A stretch of DNA of 64,000 nucleotides from Phaeosaccion multiseriatum (lineage: Eukaryota; Protista; Ochrophyta, other classes). How positions within the stretch are numbered: position 1 is the first letter of the stretch; each line of letters begins with the position of its first letter. This document shows positions 36,600 through 48,800 of the stretch, piece after piece. Position numbers and translations under genes: made by a program. The DNA lies in assembly GCA_965112735.1 (NCBI GenBank), contig OZ218965.1:1-64000 (forward strand), given 5' to 3'. A model generated the notes under the pieces. The model saw only the letters and a program-made list of their open reading frames with translations. It searched no databases and was not told where the DNA came from.

Positions 36600-36868
36600 G
36601 GTGGCACAGCCAGGTGTCACAGGGGCGGACGATTCGACCCCTGACGTGGTATCTGCTAGCGCCGGCGTCAGCCGCCCTTGAGTTGCTACCGGTCAACCGA
36701 CCGGCCGGTCAACAATGAGCTACCTGGGTCTGCTACCTGCTACCGCCGGCGTCAGCTGGCGTGCTGCCGGGTCCGGAGGGCCACCGGGTCCGGAGGGCCA
36801 GGTAGCATGCTACCATAAATCGCTCGGTACCACGTCAGGGGTCGAGAAGGTGGCACAGCCAGGTGTCA
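36600..36868. repeat. Small structured element with 18-bp inverted repeats and 20-bp direct repeats (MITE-like?)
   Basis: TCGACCCCTGACGTGGTA 36634-36651 / reverse complement 36828-36845; GGTGGCACAGCCAGGTGTCA at 36600 and 36849; internal palindromes. Confidence 0.6.
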
Positions 36869-37210
36869 TCACAGGTGTCATCACAGGTCACAGGGGTACT
36901 GGGACTGCCGAGGGCGGTCTCCAGAGGGATCAGAATAGGGGTCAGACGGACCAAAGAGCGCAGAGTAGGGGTTCGACCCCTGACACGCTATCGCCCACAT
37001 CGCCCACTTGCTCGATAGCGCGCCGGCTGGCGCCGGCGATAGCGGATAGCGGATAGCGCGGGGGGGGTCGTTAACACTCACAGCCCCCGGAAGCAAATGA
37101 GAGATCAAATGTATTTTAATTTTTAAAAAAAAATGAAGAAGAACACAATCAAAACTGCGCCGAGGCCTATAGCTTGCTAGACTCACTCACTCACTCACGC
37201 ACGCACTCAC

Positions 37211-38726
37211 TCACTGGATTTGCTGCATGTGACACACAATCCCTACTCCGCCCTGCTCCTCCTCGATCCTTGCCGCTCCCCGCAGATGGTCAATGACGCC
37301 CAAGCCCCACCGCTCCATGGACTGATCCTGTCCAGACAGGGGGATGGCAGGCCCTCTGGACAGGGTCTCCAGCAGCTCGTCTACGTTGCCCACACAGTCT
37401 TTTGGGTTTGGAGGGAGGAGGGAATTGTGGAAAGGGGTTCATTTTCACGCAACACCCAAAGAGGGGAGGGGAGGGGAGGGGGGGATTTGTTAGAAGAATA
37501 TAAAGGATAGCAGCAGGGAAATAAGGCCTGAACAGACAAACGACAAACACTTCTACGCCTTCTCACGTCGCGCTTCACCGAACCTCAGGAAGCACTCCCC
37601 CTCCCCAGCTTCAAGAGAGGGCTGTCAAGGACGAGAAACCTAAAACTCAAACCGAGACGGAGCTCTCTCCTCTGCTGCCCTCCCATTCTCTCAACTATGC
37701 CAAAGACGGCGTGAGGGGTGGCGACCCCCTCCTGCCGATCCAGCAGGGACAGACGCTGGAAACTCAAATCAATGAACTAATCACCGAACCAACGCGCCAA
37801 ACAGAGAAAAGAAGCACAGCAACCCGCCACGCACCGTCACTGGGGGGCATGTGTGGGTTGAAGAACTGCTCCAGGTGGGCGGCGTGCGTCTTCATACCGT
37901 CGCACTGCCTCAGCAGCTTCTCCCGCTGGGCAAGGATCTCCATCTGAGGCAAGAGGGGTGGGTGGGTGGGTGAAGTATGTCAATGGGTGGGCGGGTGGGT
38001 GGGTTAGGGTGGGGCAGAAGGGTAGGTGGGTTTGAGTGGGGCAGAGGACATTAAACAAAAGCCTGGCTCGAAACTCTCCCTCGGCGCCCCCGCCCCGCCC
38101 ATATCCCTGCACCCAATCGCTGTTGCCCTGCCCCTACACCTCTACCCAATCCCTGCTGCCGTGCCTGCCGTACCCTGCCCTGCCCATACACCTCTGCCCT
38201 GCCCTGCCCATACACTTCTACCCTGCCCTGCCCATACACCTCTACCCCGCCCTGCCCATACACCTCTACTCTGCCCTGCCCATACACCTTCTCCTCTACC
38301 CCACCCTGCCCATACACCTCTACCCTGCCCTGCCCATACACCTTCTCCTCTACCCCACCCTGCCCATACACCTCTACCCTGCCCTGCCCTGCCCTCCCCT
38401 CCCCATACACCTCTACCCTGCCGTGCCCGCCCGCCTGCCCTCAGCCCCGTGTGTCTACACCGCTGACCTTGTCTGGCGGCTCCACACCAAGCCTTGACAC
38501 GTCGATTAGGGCCTTCGCCGTCTCCTCCACTAGAAGGGCGAGTCGTTCCTAAAATAGGGGGGGGTGGAGAGCGTTTCCAATCATGACATTCCAATAACGA
38601 GCGTGATTGCCGTGAGCGAACTGAGCCAAAGTGGCCGGCGACGAGAGAGAGACACAAAGAGAGCAGGGACCATACCTGTAGCGGGCTGCATCTACCGCTT
38701 CTGCTCCTCCTCCTCCTTCTCCTCAT
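37211..38726 (-). CDS. Hypothetical spliced gene
   Basis: Phase-compatible GT-AG exons: ..CSPLQ|ERLALLVEETAKALIDVSRLGVEPPDK|MEILAQREKLLRQCDG..PPSD|..CVGNVDELLETLSRG... No recognisable domain; ends uncertain. Confidence 0.45.
38170..38425. repeat. Intronic ~24-30-bp minisatellite (CCCTGCCCTGCCCATACACCTCTA)
   Basis: About 9 tandem variant units. Confidence 0.9.
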
Positions 38727-38773
38727 TGCCTAGGCTTCGGCGGTGCCTGCCTCCCGTCTCAGTGGCGTGCCAT

Positions 38774-38811
<38 letters not shown>

Positions 38812-39334
38812 TGCTCTGACTCCGAACCCCCCCCACTGTCGTTCCCTCCCTCCTTCCTTCCTTCCTTCCTTCCTTCCTTCCTTCCTTCTGCCCTTCCTCC
38901 TGCCTCCCTGCCCCCTTCCTTCCTCGCGAAGCGAACGACACTTCCTCCACCTACCGCTCCTCCTCTTCAGAGTCTCGACCCCTTCTGCCCTCTTCTCCGG
39001 TGGCAGACAGGCCGCTTTCTTCCCACCTAAACGGCAGGCAAGCAGGGAGAGCAACAGCGAAATGAGTCAGTTCAGAGGAAGGGGGTTGCATTCAGCAGGC
39101 CTGACTCCGACTCCGCTGACCACCACCGCCCACAGCGAGCGAGTGCAAGCCCAAGCTCCTGCCTACACTGTACCTACACAGACCCCGCCACTCCGCACAC
39201 CAGCCTCTCTTGGCACGCACCTGGATGGGGCCTCCTCTCCTCCTCCTGGCTTGCAGAGGGCGTCCGATTCCTTCGCAACTCTGCCCCGCTTCTGATTCCT
39301 TCGCAAGGCTCGGGAAAACGGGAGAGCTTCCGTG

Positions 39335-40348
39335 TCAAGAATAGGACTCCACGCGGAGCCCCTCCGGCAGATCTGCGGGCAGCGGGCACTGCCTCCCAAC
39401 CTCGAGATACTCGAGGCCAGCAGGCAGGTCCGTCAATGGACAGGTGTACCTCCAACGCAGCGTCAGCTCCCGCAGAGACGCAGGGAGCTGCAAGGGATGA
39501 TTAAAGCCGGTCCCCATCACCACCTCCTCCACACCACAAGGAAGAATCAACTGCTGACTGAACGCCGAATCCCAGAGGAAAGTAAGCTTCCTCAGCGAGG
39601 GAGGGAAAGCGATGGGTCTGTTAAAGTCCCTCCCGAATGTCAACTCCTCCAGCGAGCTCGGTAGGATCACATCAGGCTGATTGAACCGCGAGCCCTCAGC
39701 AAAAGCAAGCTTCCTCAGCGAGGGAGGGAAAGCGATGGGCCTGTTAAAGTACTCCCCGAATGTCACCTCCTCCAGCGAGCTCGGCAGGATCACATCAGGC
39801 TGATCGAACTCCGAGTTCTCAGCAAAAGTAAGCTTCCTCAGCGAGGGAGGGAAAGCGATGGGTCTGTTAAAGTCCCTCCCGAATGTCAACTCCTCCAGCG
39901 AGCTCGGCAACAACACATCAGACTGATTGAAAGCGTCAGAGAAGAGCACACCCTTCACCGACTGTGGCAACATGGACAACACTTTGACAACGAGAGCCTT
40001 CCTAGGGGCAGAACGGCCGCCTCGACACTGGACGCCGAGACGCACGGCGGTCACGCAAAATGAGCGCCTCTCCTTTCCCGGCCCAGTCTCATTGCGCTGT
40101 GAGCGCTCGGGCAGCTGGCGCTGTGCTCTTCCCTTTGCCCGCTTCCCCCCCCTTTCGAGCGCATCCTGATCTGCAGCAGCAGCAGACCTAGTCCCCGACA
40201 AAGAAGACGAAGACGCAGTATGGTGCTTCTCCTCGTCTTTCTGCTGCTGCTCCTCCAGCATGCTAAGCATGCGCCTATTGACATCACCAGGCATGTCGGC
40301 CCTAAGGACCAGAGTGCGGCACGTGAGCTTGTCCACCTCCTTGCACAC
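39335..40348 (-). CDS. FNIP-repeat (LRR-like) protein; 5' end uncertain
   Basis: Uninterrupted ORF with repeats LPSSLEELTFGRDFNRPI / FPPSLRKLTF..FNQP, arranged as a ~123-bp tandem unit x3. In-frame TGA shortly upstream. Confidence 0.8.
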   Translation of the reverse strand: MCKEVDKLTCRTLVLRADMPGDVNRRMLSMLEEQQQKDEEKHHTASSSSLSGTRSAAAADQDALERGGKRAKGRAQRQLPERSQRNETGPGKERRSFCVTAVRLGVQCRGGRSAPRKALVVKVLSMLPQSVKGVLFSDAFNQSDVLLPSSLEELTFGRDFNRPIAFPPSLRKLTFAENSEFDQPDVILPSSLEEVTFGEYFNRPIAFPPSLRKLAFAEGSRFNQPDVILPSSLEELTFGRDFNRPIAFPPSLRKLTFLWDSAFSQQLILPCGVEEVVMGTGFNHPLQLPASLRELTLRWRYTCPLTDLPAGLEYLEVGRQCPLPADLPEGLRVESYS

Positions 40349-41527
40349 TCCCCACAGAGCCTTGTGTGTCGGGAAAAGGTGGCCACAGTACTCAAGGCCC
40401 GCGCTCCGCAGGTATCACTCATGCTTCTCTAAGGATGAGACTCGATGTATTAGTAAAGCACAAGAAAGGGGAGAGGAAGAGGGGAAAGGGGGGGGGGAGG
40501 GAAGGAGGGAAGGAAGGAGGGAAGGAAGGAGGGAGGGAGGGAGAGGAAGACCGACGACCTTGGAACCTTTTAACAATCGATTCCTCCACAAACCTTACGT
40601 ATGCTTAGCGCACCCAAAAATCAACAAAGCTCTTTATCACACACACAGAGTCTCTTGGGACAAAGCAACGGACGAAGACGAGTTAGACGCCTTCAAACTA
40701 GCCCCCTACAGTGTCTGTGGTTGGGACGTGTGCTCAGTTCCAAAGGAAACTCTTCCTTTCATCCTCGCACGTTGATGTACGTTGCCCTCTGCTTCCGTCG
40801 GGAGGGTTGGAGCAAGAAACAGATGCCGATCGCAGAAGGAAGCAGCAGAAGGAGACGGTGCGAGAGTCTCGCCAGTCAGGCAAGTCGCTCACACTTGTAG
40901 ACGTCTCGCTCAAGCCTCGTGTGATAGAGAGAGAGGGAAAAGAAAAAGGAGGCCCTCCCTCTCCCTTCCCTCTTTCTGGTGCTCTCTAACTCATCCTTCG
41001 TGTGCGCCTTTCTGATAGTCACATGGATGTGCGCTGGGCGAGCGGTGAAGGGCTACCCTGAAGGCGCCAAGATCCCAGCAGCATCAAGGCGAAATGGCCG
41101 AGAGAGCAGTGAGTCGAATGAGGAAGAGTAGCGGCAGTGGCCGCCGGGGCTGAGGCCTCGAGAACAGCAGGTGAGGGGCGCGTGAATGTCTGGCTTGGCT
41201 GAGCTCGCTCTGTAGAGGAGGAGAGTCTCGGTACTACCTCTCTACCGCGCACCCCTGCCCTATTTTACACCACCCAGCGTCATAGTGCCGTTGAAAGCCT
41301 TGCTGTCCTGTGCTGTGCTGTTGTGCCTTCAAGTCGGTGGTACTGCACGTCGCCAGTCGCTTAGGTATAGAGACCTTGTTTTCGATGTGGATTTTCTGTG
41401 GATTTTCTGTGCCGCCCCTCGCCTATCCCCACTTTCACACTCACTCACACACGAATACGTCCCCACACACACACCCCCTCGCACACACACACGTACGTCC
41501 CCACACACGGAAAAGCAGACAGCAGGC

Positions 41528-42853
41528 ATGAGTGGTGCGACTGCCTCGCATCAGCCCTCCATACTCCCCAAGGCGCCACCGCAGGCAAGCAACAGCAACC
41601 GCAACACCGGAGGAGGAGGAGCAGGAGGAGGAGGAGGAGGAGGAGGAGGAGGGGGGGGGGGGGGCGCCAGCGGCAAGGACAAGGACGAGCGCTCCTCAGA
41701 GTCAACCTCCAGGCGGCGCAGGAGGCAGCGCTCCAAGAAGAGGGACCAGGATGACGAGGGTATGGCAGTGGATGGAGGAGGGGGGGGCGGGGCGAGGGGC
41801 GGGGCGAGGGGCGGAGGAGCAAAGGTCACCGGTACTAAAGCTCCCGCCAGCGCCACTCGTGCTGCTGTATCACCAATGCCTGGCCTGGCGCCTGCCTGCC
41901 AGCCCCCAGCCAAGGCCGCGCAGAAGGAGGTCGTGAGCTTGATCCCAGGCTCAAGCAATTGCTTGCAGCCTCGCCGCTCCTCCTCCACTTCGGTGCCTCC
42001 CACCCCCCTTGTGCCCACGGGCCCGAACGGCGCACGGCACACATCCCCTGCAGGAGGGAGAGGAGGAGGAGGAGGAGGCAACGGCATGGGCCCAAGCAGT
42101 GAGAGTGCTACGGGAGTTGGTGATACGGCGGCCCGACGGCAGCTGTGGAGCCCTGCGGACGAGTCAGAGAGCAGGGCCGTCGCCGAGGCCGCCGCTGCCA
42201 CTCTCACGGGGAGGGGGGTGGCAGCAGACGGACGAGCGAGAGGAGCGACCAGGGGCAAGGGAGGAGGGGCAGCGGCAGCGGCAGGAGGTGGAGGCAGCAA
42301 GCCGAAGGGAGGGAACAGGGAGGGACGAAGAGAGGGCGACGATCGCAAGGCGACGACGGAGAGAGGCCAAGAGGCCGTATCACCAACTCCCGCATTACGG
42401 CGGAGGGGCCCGAGGAGGGCCTCTCGAGGTGCCAAGGAGCTTGTTTCTGTTTCTACGGCCCCTCCTCCTCCTCCTCCTCCTCCTCCTGCTGCTGCTGCCC
42501 ATACTCCTGCCCCAGCCACCCCGCCCCGTGCTCCGGGTGGTCCGCTGGCGGCGGCGAAGGTGGAAACGGCAAAGACCCCGGTGTCAGGACCAGCTGCAGC
42601 CTCAACCCGAGGGAGTAATTCAGCCCGCGGCGGCAAAGCTGCTGCCACTGTTCCTTCTGGTGGGCCGGGGAGGGGCGGGCAGGGAAAAGGCAGCGGCGGT
42701 GGCGGTAAGGCGAATGCTCCGACCCCGCCTCGTGTCTCTGCCTCTACCTCTGCCTCTGCTGTTGCTGTACCTCCAACTGCCGCGGCTGCAGAGCGCACGG
42801 TGACCCTCGTGGCGGAGTCCAACCGCAAGAAGGCGGTCCTGGCCCTGACCAAG

Positions 42854-42890
<37 letters not shown>

Positions 42891-45800
42891 GGGCTGGGAA
42901 CGGCGCCGAAGCGAGAGGTGCCAACGGAGCGAATAGGGGAGGAGGAGGAGGAGGAGGAGGAGGAGGAGGAGGAGGAGGAGGAGCGCGCAGAGGGGCAGGA
43001 GCGGCGGGGGGGGGGCAGGGACAAGCGAGCAGCAGGGGCAAGTACGAAGAAGGGGCCCCGCTTTCGCAGCAGCCGCAGCAGTTGGTGATACCGCTGCCGC
43101 AGCAGCAGCAGATGCAGCGCATGAATCGCCAACAGCAGCAGCAGCACCAACAGCAACACCTGGTAGTACAGCAGCAGCAGCAGCAGCAGCAGCGCCAGAC
43201 TGCGCCTATGCAGCAGCGCTCTCCTCACCGGCAACAGCCGCAGCAGCAGCAGCAGCAGCAGCGGCAGCAGCAGCAGCAGCAGCATGGGGGCGCCTTGCCT
43301 CTGCCTCAAACTCAAACTTCTTACCAAAGTGCGGACAAGGAGCCTCCCCCTGCGCGTGCCCAGCCACAAACACAAGGACCTCCTGCCACCCTCGTGAATG
43401 GGGTTGGGGTGGCGGGAGACCCAAGTGCTGGGGGTGCGGCCCCTGCTGTGGGCCCTCCCCACCCCGCCCCCGACTACGACAAGCTCGTGCAGAAGGTGGA
43501 GGAGGAGGTGGTGCAGCGCCTAGCGAGAGCGCAAATGATGGGAATGATGCTCAAGGCGCACACTGAGGGGGAGAAGGAGAAGGAGAAGGAGAAGGGCAAG
43601 GACGAGGGGGGGGGGGGAAGGGGAAGGGGGTGGGAGCCGGAGGAGGAGCGAGGGACAGGGACAAGGACAAGGACAGAGACAGAGATAAGGAGAAAGACAA
43701 CCAACGCGACAAGAAGGGAGGAGGAGGGACGAGGAAGGAGAGGAACCAGGACAGAGACAAGCAGAGGGACAGGGACAAGAACTATCGAGACCGCGGGGGG
43801 GGCGGGGGGGATGGCAGTGGATGGAAGGGGGGAGGCAAGGCCAACAGCATTGACGACCTCATCCTGAAGCGTCCGGAGAGGAGCAGCATGTCTCCCTTAC
43901 CGCGCAGGGCGATGCTTGACAGAGAGGAGGGCGTGGTGCTGCTCAGCGAGCCCAGGAAGCAGGAGGCGGGGGGCGAGCAGGAAGGCTATGGGCAGGCATA
44001 TGGGCAAGGTCAAGGGGGGCAGCTAAAGAAAAAGGGAGAAGGGGGGGCAGACTCAGCAGCAACGGGAGCCACCAAAGAGCCTACCCATACGCCTGCTCTG
44101 CCCCCCCCCGACCTCGACAAGGAGGACCCGGAAACCCTCCCCCTCGAGCGGCTCTACCAGGTGCGGTGCGGGGTGGCAGTGGATGGCAGTGGGTGGCAGT
44201 GGGTGGGATCGATCCTTAGTATTGTTGGCGGGGAGGGCTGACGCGCTCTGGAAGCTCCTCGATGAGATGTCGACGAGGGCTTTCGGAGTGCTCTACTTGT
44301 CCCTCCTTGCACCTCCCTCACCACCCTCCATCTCTCTCTCTCTCTCTGCAGGGCATCAGCAAGCTTGAGAAGCAGCACAGAGCGCTGCAAGACCTCATGC
44401 GGGTAGAGTTGGGCCTCGCAGAGAGCCCAAGCAGCGGAGAAACCCCAGGGGGAAGCCAGTCGGAGCAGCAGCAGTCGTATGGGCAGAGCAGTGGCAGCGC
44501 CAGGCAAACGGGTGGGGCAGCGGCAAAGGCCGTCACCATGCTGGCCCGCCCGCCGTCCTCTTCCTCGGTTCCGCACGTACAGCCGCTGGTGGGACAGGAG
44601 AGCGCAGATGGCAGCGGAGGGCAGCAGGTGTTTGGAGGCGTGGTGAGCAGCGGCCTGTGGGACAAACTCTCGCGCTGCCGCTCCACGCTCTCCAAGGCCC
44701 TCGGATACGCTCTTCGGAGGGACGGGTATGTCGACGGACAGGACAGGCATAGGTATACGGGCATGGCCGCCGCCAAGAAGGCGCCTGGCAGGCTGTGGAT
44801 GGTGTACTACAAGGAGCTGGACTTGACACAGAGGAGTCTCAAGAAGGCCCATGCCGCCGCTGCGGCTGCCTCTTCCGCTTCCTCCTCCCCTCCCCCCGGG
44901 CTGAGCACCAGTGCTTCGCCGGGCAGGACTGCTGACTCCCCCGAGAGTGATGGCACCACCCCCGCCGGGCAGGAGAGTGGCAGCAGTCCTGGCACCAGGC
45001 ATATGGGCAGCGACGGCAACGTGCAAGGGTTGAAGGAGCTGCTCTTTCACCTCATTGAGTTGGCGGAGGGGGATATGGGGAGCCTTAGGGCAGAGCTGAG
45101 GGCCGGAGAGGCCAGGGCGGTTGGTAGTACGGTTGGGGATACAGAGTCCGGCGGTGATGCAGAGGCGGACCGGGGCTGGCCCACACTCAAGCAAGGAGGA
45201 GCTGCAGCAGCTGGGGCTGTGGAGGGGGCCGACGACGAGGAGGACGAGGAGGAGGACGAGGACGAGGCTGCTGACAAGGTTGATGAGGACGAGGGGGGAG
45301 ATAAGAGAGACGCAGGGGGGATGGGGATGGCAGTGGATGCCACCAAAGACGCGGCGGTGGCGGAGGGGGGGGGAGGAGGAGAGGAGGGGGGTGAGGGGAT
45401 GCGGAGGGCGCGTCGCAAGGCCTTGCTGGAGCAGCGGGCAGCAAGGAGGAGGAGGGCGGAGCAGCGCAAGAACCACCTACACGCCGTGCAGGTGCGTGCG
45501 TTGGGGCGTTGGTGGGACGGGGCGTCGCCATCTGGGCCTGGGCTGGGCGCAGACAGAGTTGATTCGTTAATTCGTTACTTTGGAGGGGTTGGTGGGTTCT
45601 TTGGTTGAAATTGATTGATTGGTTGGTTCATTGACACTCTGAGGGCCATCAAGGGCAAGGTCACAACCCTCGAAGGGCGTAGGGTCTAAGGCCGATGGAC
45701 GAGCGAAGAATGACAGGAGAGGGGGAGGTCGTGGGGTTGTTTTCAAACCCAGTGTACTGCTCACTGACTCTCCTTTCATCCGTTTTGCTTGGCCATATGA

Positions 45801-48800
45801 CCCCCCCTACTACACCACACACGCCCCTTAGGCCCTGACCCTGAACCTCGGCGACCTTCAGCGCTACCGAGTGCTCAACGGCTTCGACTCTATGGGCACA
45901 TCCATGACCACCTCTCTCAACACCTCTCTCAACACCTCTCTCAACACCTCTCTCAACACCTCTGTCGGCATGGAAGGGCTGCACTTGCGTGACTGGAGCG
46001 GTGCAGAGGCGCTCTATAGAGAGGCTTTCCTCATCGCCCCCGCTCGGGGCAAGGCGTGGTCACAGTTGGCGGTGCTGGCGCAGTACCGCAGAGACCCCCT
46101 CACTGCCTTCCACCACTTCCTCAGGGCCATGTGCGCGGAGGAGGGGGGGGGTGTTGCCGGCAAGGATAACCTCCAGGCCATTCACGCCAGGTAGGCTGGG
46201 GTAGGGTGGGTTGTATTGCCTTACATTACGTTATCTTGTGTTATGTGTGGGTAGTCGTTTTGGGTGTGTTTGGGGGGGGAGGGGGGGGGGGTTCTCTGTG
46301 TGTAGTTGTCCTGACACCAAGCACCAAGCGAGGGAGCAATCGACTCAACAACCCAACCAAACCGCCCCATACAGATGCAAGCAACAGCAGGCACAACTCT
46401 CTCCCGTGACGGCCCTGGACAGCCCCACCGCTGATGAGCACCGCCGCCGCTTCGTGCTGCACCTGGTGGCTCTCTGCGGCAACAACGTCGCCAGAGTGGA
46501 CCTGGAGGCCTTCGGAGGCCTCGGAGGGACAGCAGTGGATGGAGGAGGAGGCCTTCTCGCCGCGGTGCTGCGCCATCTCACTGGCTATGTGCAGCTCAGG
46601 CTCCTGCAGGAGGATGGCGCTGCCAATGCCGTATCACCAACTGCTGGAGCTGCAGGGGGCGACCCCACGGCCTTGGAGCTGCCCCTCTTCCTGTGCAAGG
46701 TCATGACCGTGGCGCTGTGCGGCAACATGTGCGCGCAACAAAGCTGGCTGGGGGCAGGAGCACAGGGACAGACAGACAAGCCGGTCTCAGGGGCGGTGCC
46801 GGGACAGAGGGGGGAGAGGGAGAGGGATGCGGGCGCGTGGGTGGAGGACACGGCTTGCAGTCAGGCTCTGGGGCTGTGCTTCGAACTGGCGGGGAGACTC
46901 TCGAGCTTGGGGCAGCACACAAGGGTCAGGGGGTGGGAGAAGGTACGTAAGGATACGTAAGAATATGTAAGGATATACATAGGGATATAGTAAGGATACG
47001 TAGGGATACATATACATTGGAGAGAAGTGGCGAGAAGTGGTTGGTCGGTAGTAGGGCAATAGAAAGGGTTGGTCGGTGGGTAGTGGGAGCCAGCCTCAAC
47101 CCATGCAATGCTCCTTTCCCCTTCGCTCCCTCCCTCCTCCACTGCCATCCATCCAGAGCACGGCTGCTGCCCTAGGGCTTTTCTGCGATTGGCTGCGCTG
47201 TCAGAGCTCTTTCGCAGAGGGAATGCGCAACACGCAGAAGGAACGCTTCGACATGACCATGCAGGGCCTCGTGTCCTTCATCAATCGGGTGGTTGGGGGG
47301 GGGGTGCTTCTATGGGGGGGGGCTGACTCCAAGCACCCCAAGCTCACCAAGCAGGCCGTGGATGAGATGATGCAGGAGATGGCAGTGCACGCGGAGGGAG
47401 TGGAGGTCTCCGAGGCTGTCATGTTGAGAGAGGACGTGGAGATGCAGGGCTTCCCGCCGCTGGAGCACCTGGTGGGGAAGAGGGCCGCCGCAGCAGCCGC
47501 AGTAGTTGGTGATTCGGTTGTAGCGGTTGGTGATACAGCGGAGGCTGGCGATACAGCTGCGGTACCTGTTGGTGACACGGCAAGAAACGGCAGCGTCGTC
47601 ATCAGTGTCGGAGGCACGGCACCGGAGGATGGCAGCAGAAGGGCGAGGAGGATGGCAATGGATGGGGCCGACAAAGAGTGGGCTGTGCGGACTCTGCGGC
47701 TGAGGGCCTTTGCAGAGGTGGCTGTGCTGCGTGGCTGGATAGCCAGGCACAGGGGGGAGGGGGGCGAGGAGGAACAGGACGAGGGGGGGGAGGAAGAGAA
47801 GGAGGAGGAGGAGGAGAAGGGGGTGGGGATGGCAGAGGACAGGCAGGGAGGGGGGCAGCTCGGGGGGGGGGAGCTGTACAGGACGCTAGACGGGCCGCTG
47901 TACGCCACAATTGTCGCAGCCTCCGCTGCGGCCAAGCACCAAGGTGAGGAGGGTGGGAGGGCAGAAGACCAGGACTACTGCTGATACGGCTGTATCGCCA
48001 ACTGTTGCTGCTGCTGCTGCTGCTGCTGCTTCTGTCTTCTCATGCTTCTCCTTCTCCTTCTTGTTCTGCCGTGCTGCAGGAGACAATGCCGGCTCTGCAA
48101 CTGGCTCTGGCTCTGGAGTCGAGGCCGTCGAGCAAGGGCAGGAGCAGGACATGCAGCAGTTGGTGGTACAGGAGCAGGAGCAGGAGCAGGACCCGCACGA
48201 GTTCTGGGGGCCGCCGAAGCCTCTTCCTCCAAAGGAGCCGCCACAGGAGCAGCAGTTGGTAGTACACCAGGAGCAAAACTCTGTTCAGCAGGCGCAGCCG
48301 CTCTCTGAAGAGCAGGAGCAGGAAATGCAGCAGTTGGTGATACAGGAGCAGCTGCTGCAGGCCGAGAGGGACGGAGAGCTGACCGCCACAGCCGTCGCCT
48401 TCGCCGGCCTGGGCCTCCTCGACGATGACGATGACGATGAGGGAGACACTGCTGTGTCACCAAGTGGTGCAGCTGCGGATGACCTGCAAGCGGCAGCGGC
48501 GGCGGCGGTAGCGGCTGTCACAGCAGAGGCCACGGGACAGCAGATACAGCAGTTGGTGGTACAGCCGCTCTATCACCACCCGCTGTCGTCGCCCCCCCCT
48601 CCCCCCCCGGGCTTCGGTCCGCCCGCGTCTGCGGGGGCAGGACGGGCCCTCTCGCCATCTGCGGAGGCAAAGCCTGCCGTATCACCAACGACTGGGGCAG
48701 TGGCTGTGGCCATCGGGAGCGACAAGAGGCCCTTGGTGCGCTGCGAGAGGCTGTGCAAAGAGTGCTCCAACACACTGGCGGAGGGGGAGGGGGAGTGCGC

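Noticed and set aside
43606-43617. Programmed frameshift or pseudogenisation of the SMG6-like gene
   Set aside because: The shift falls in a 12-G homopolymer, typical of long-read consensus error, and downstream domains are intact.
41551-48775. Long antisense ORFs over the SMG6-like gene
   Set aside because: Shadow ORFs of GC-rich, trinucleotide-repeat coding sequence.
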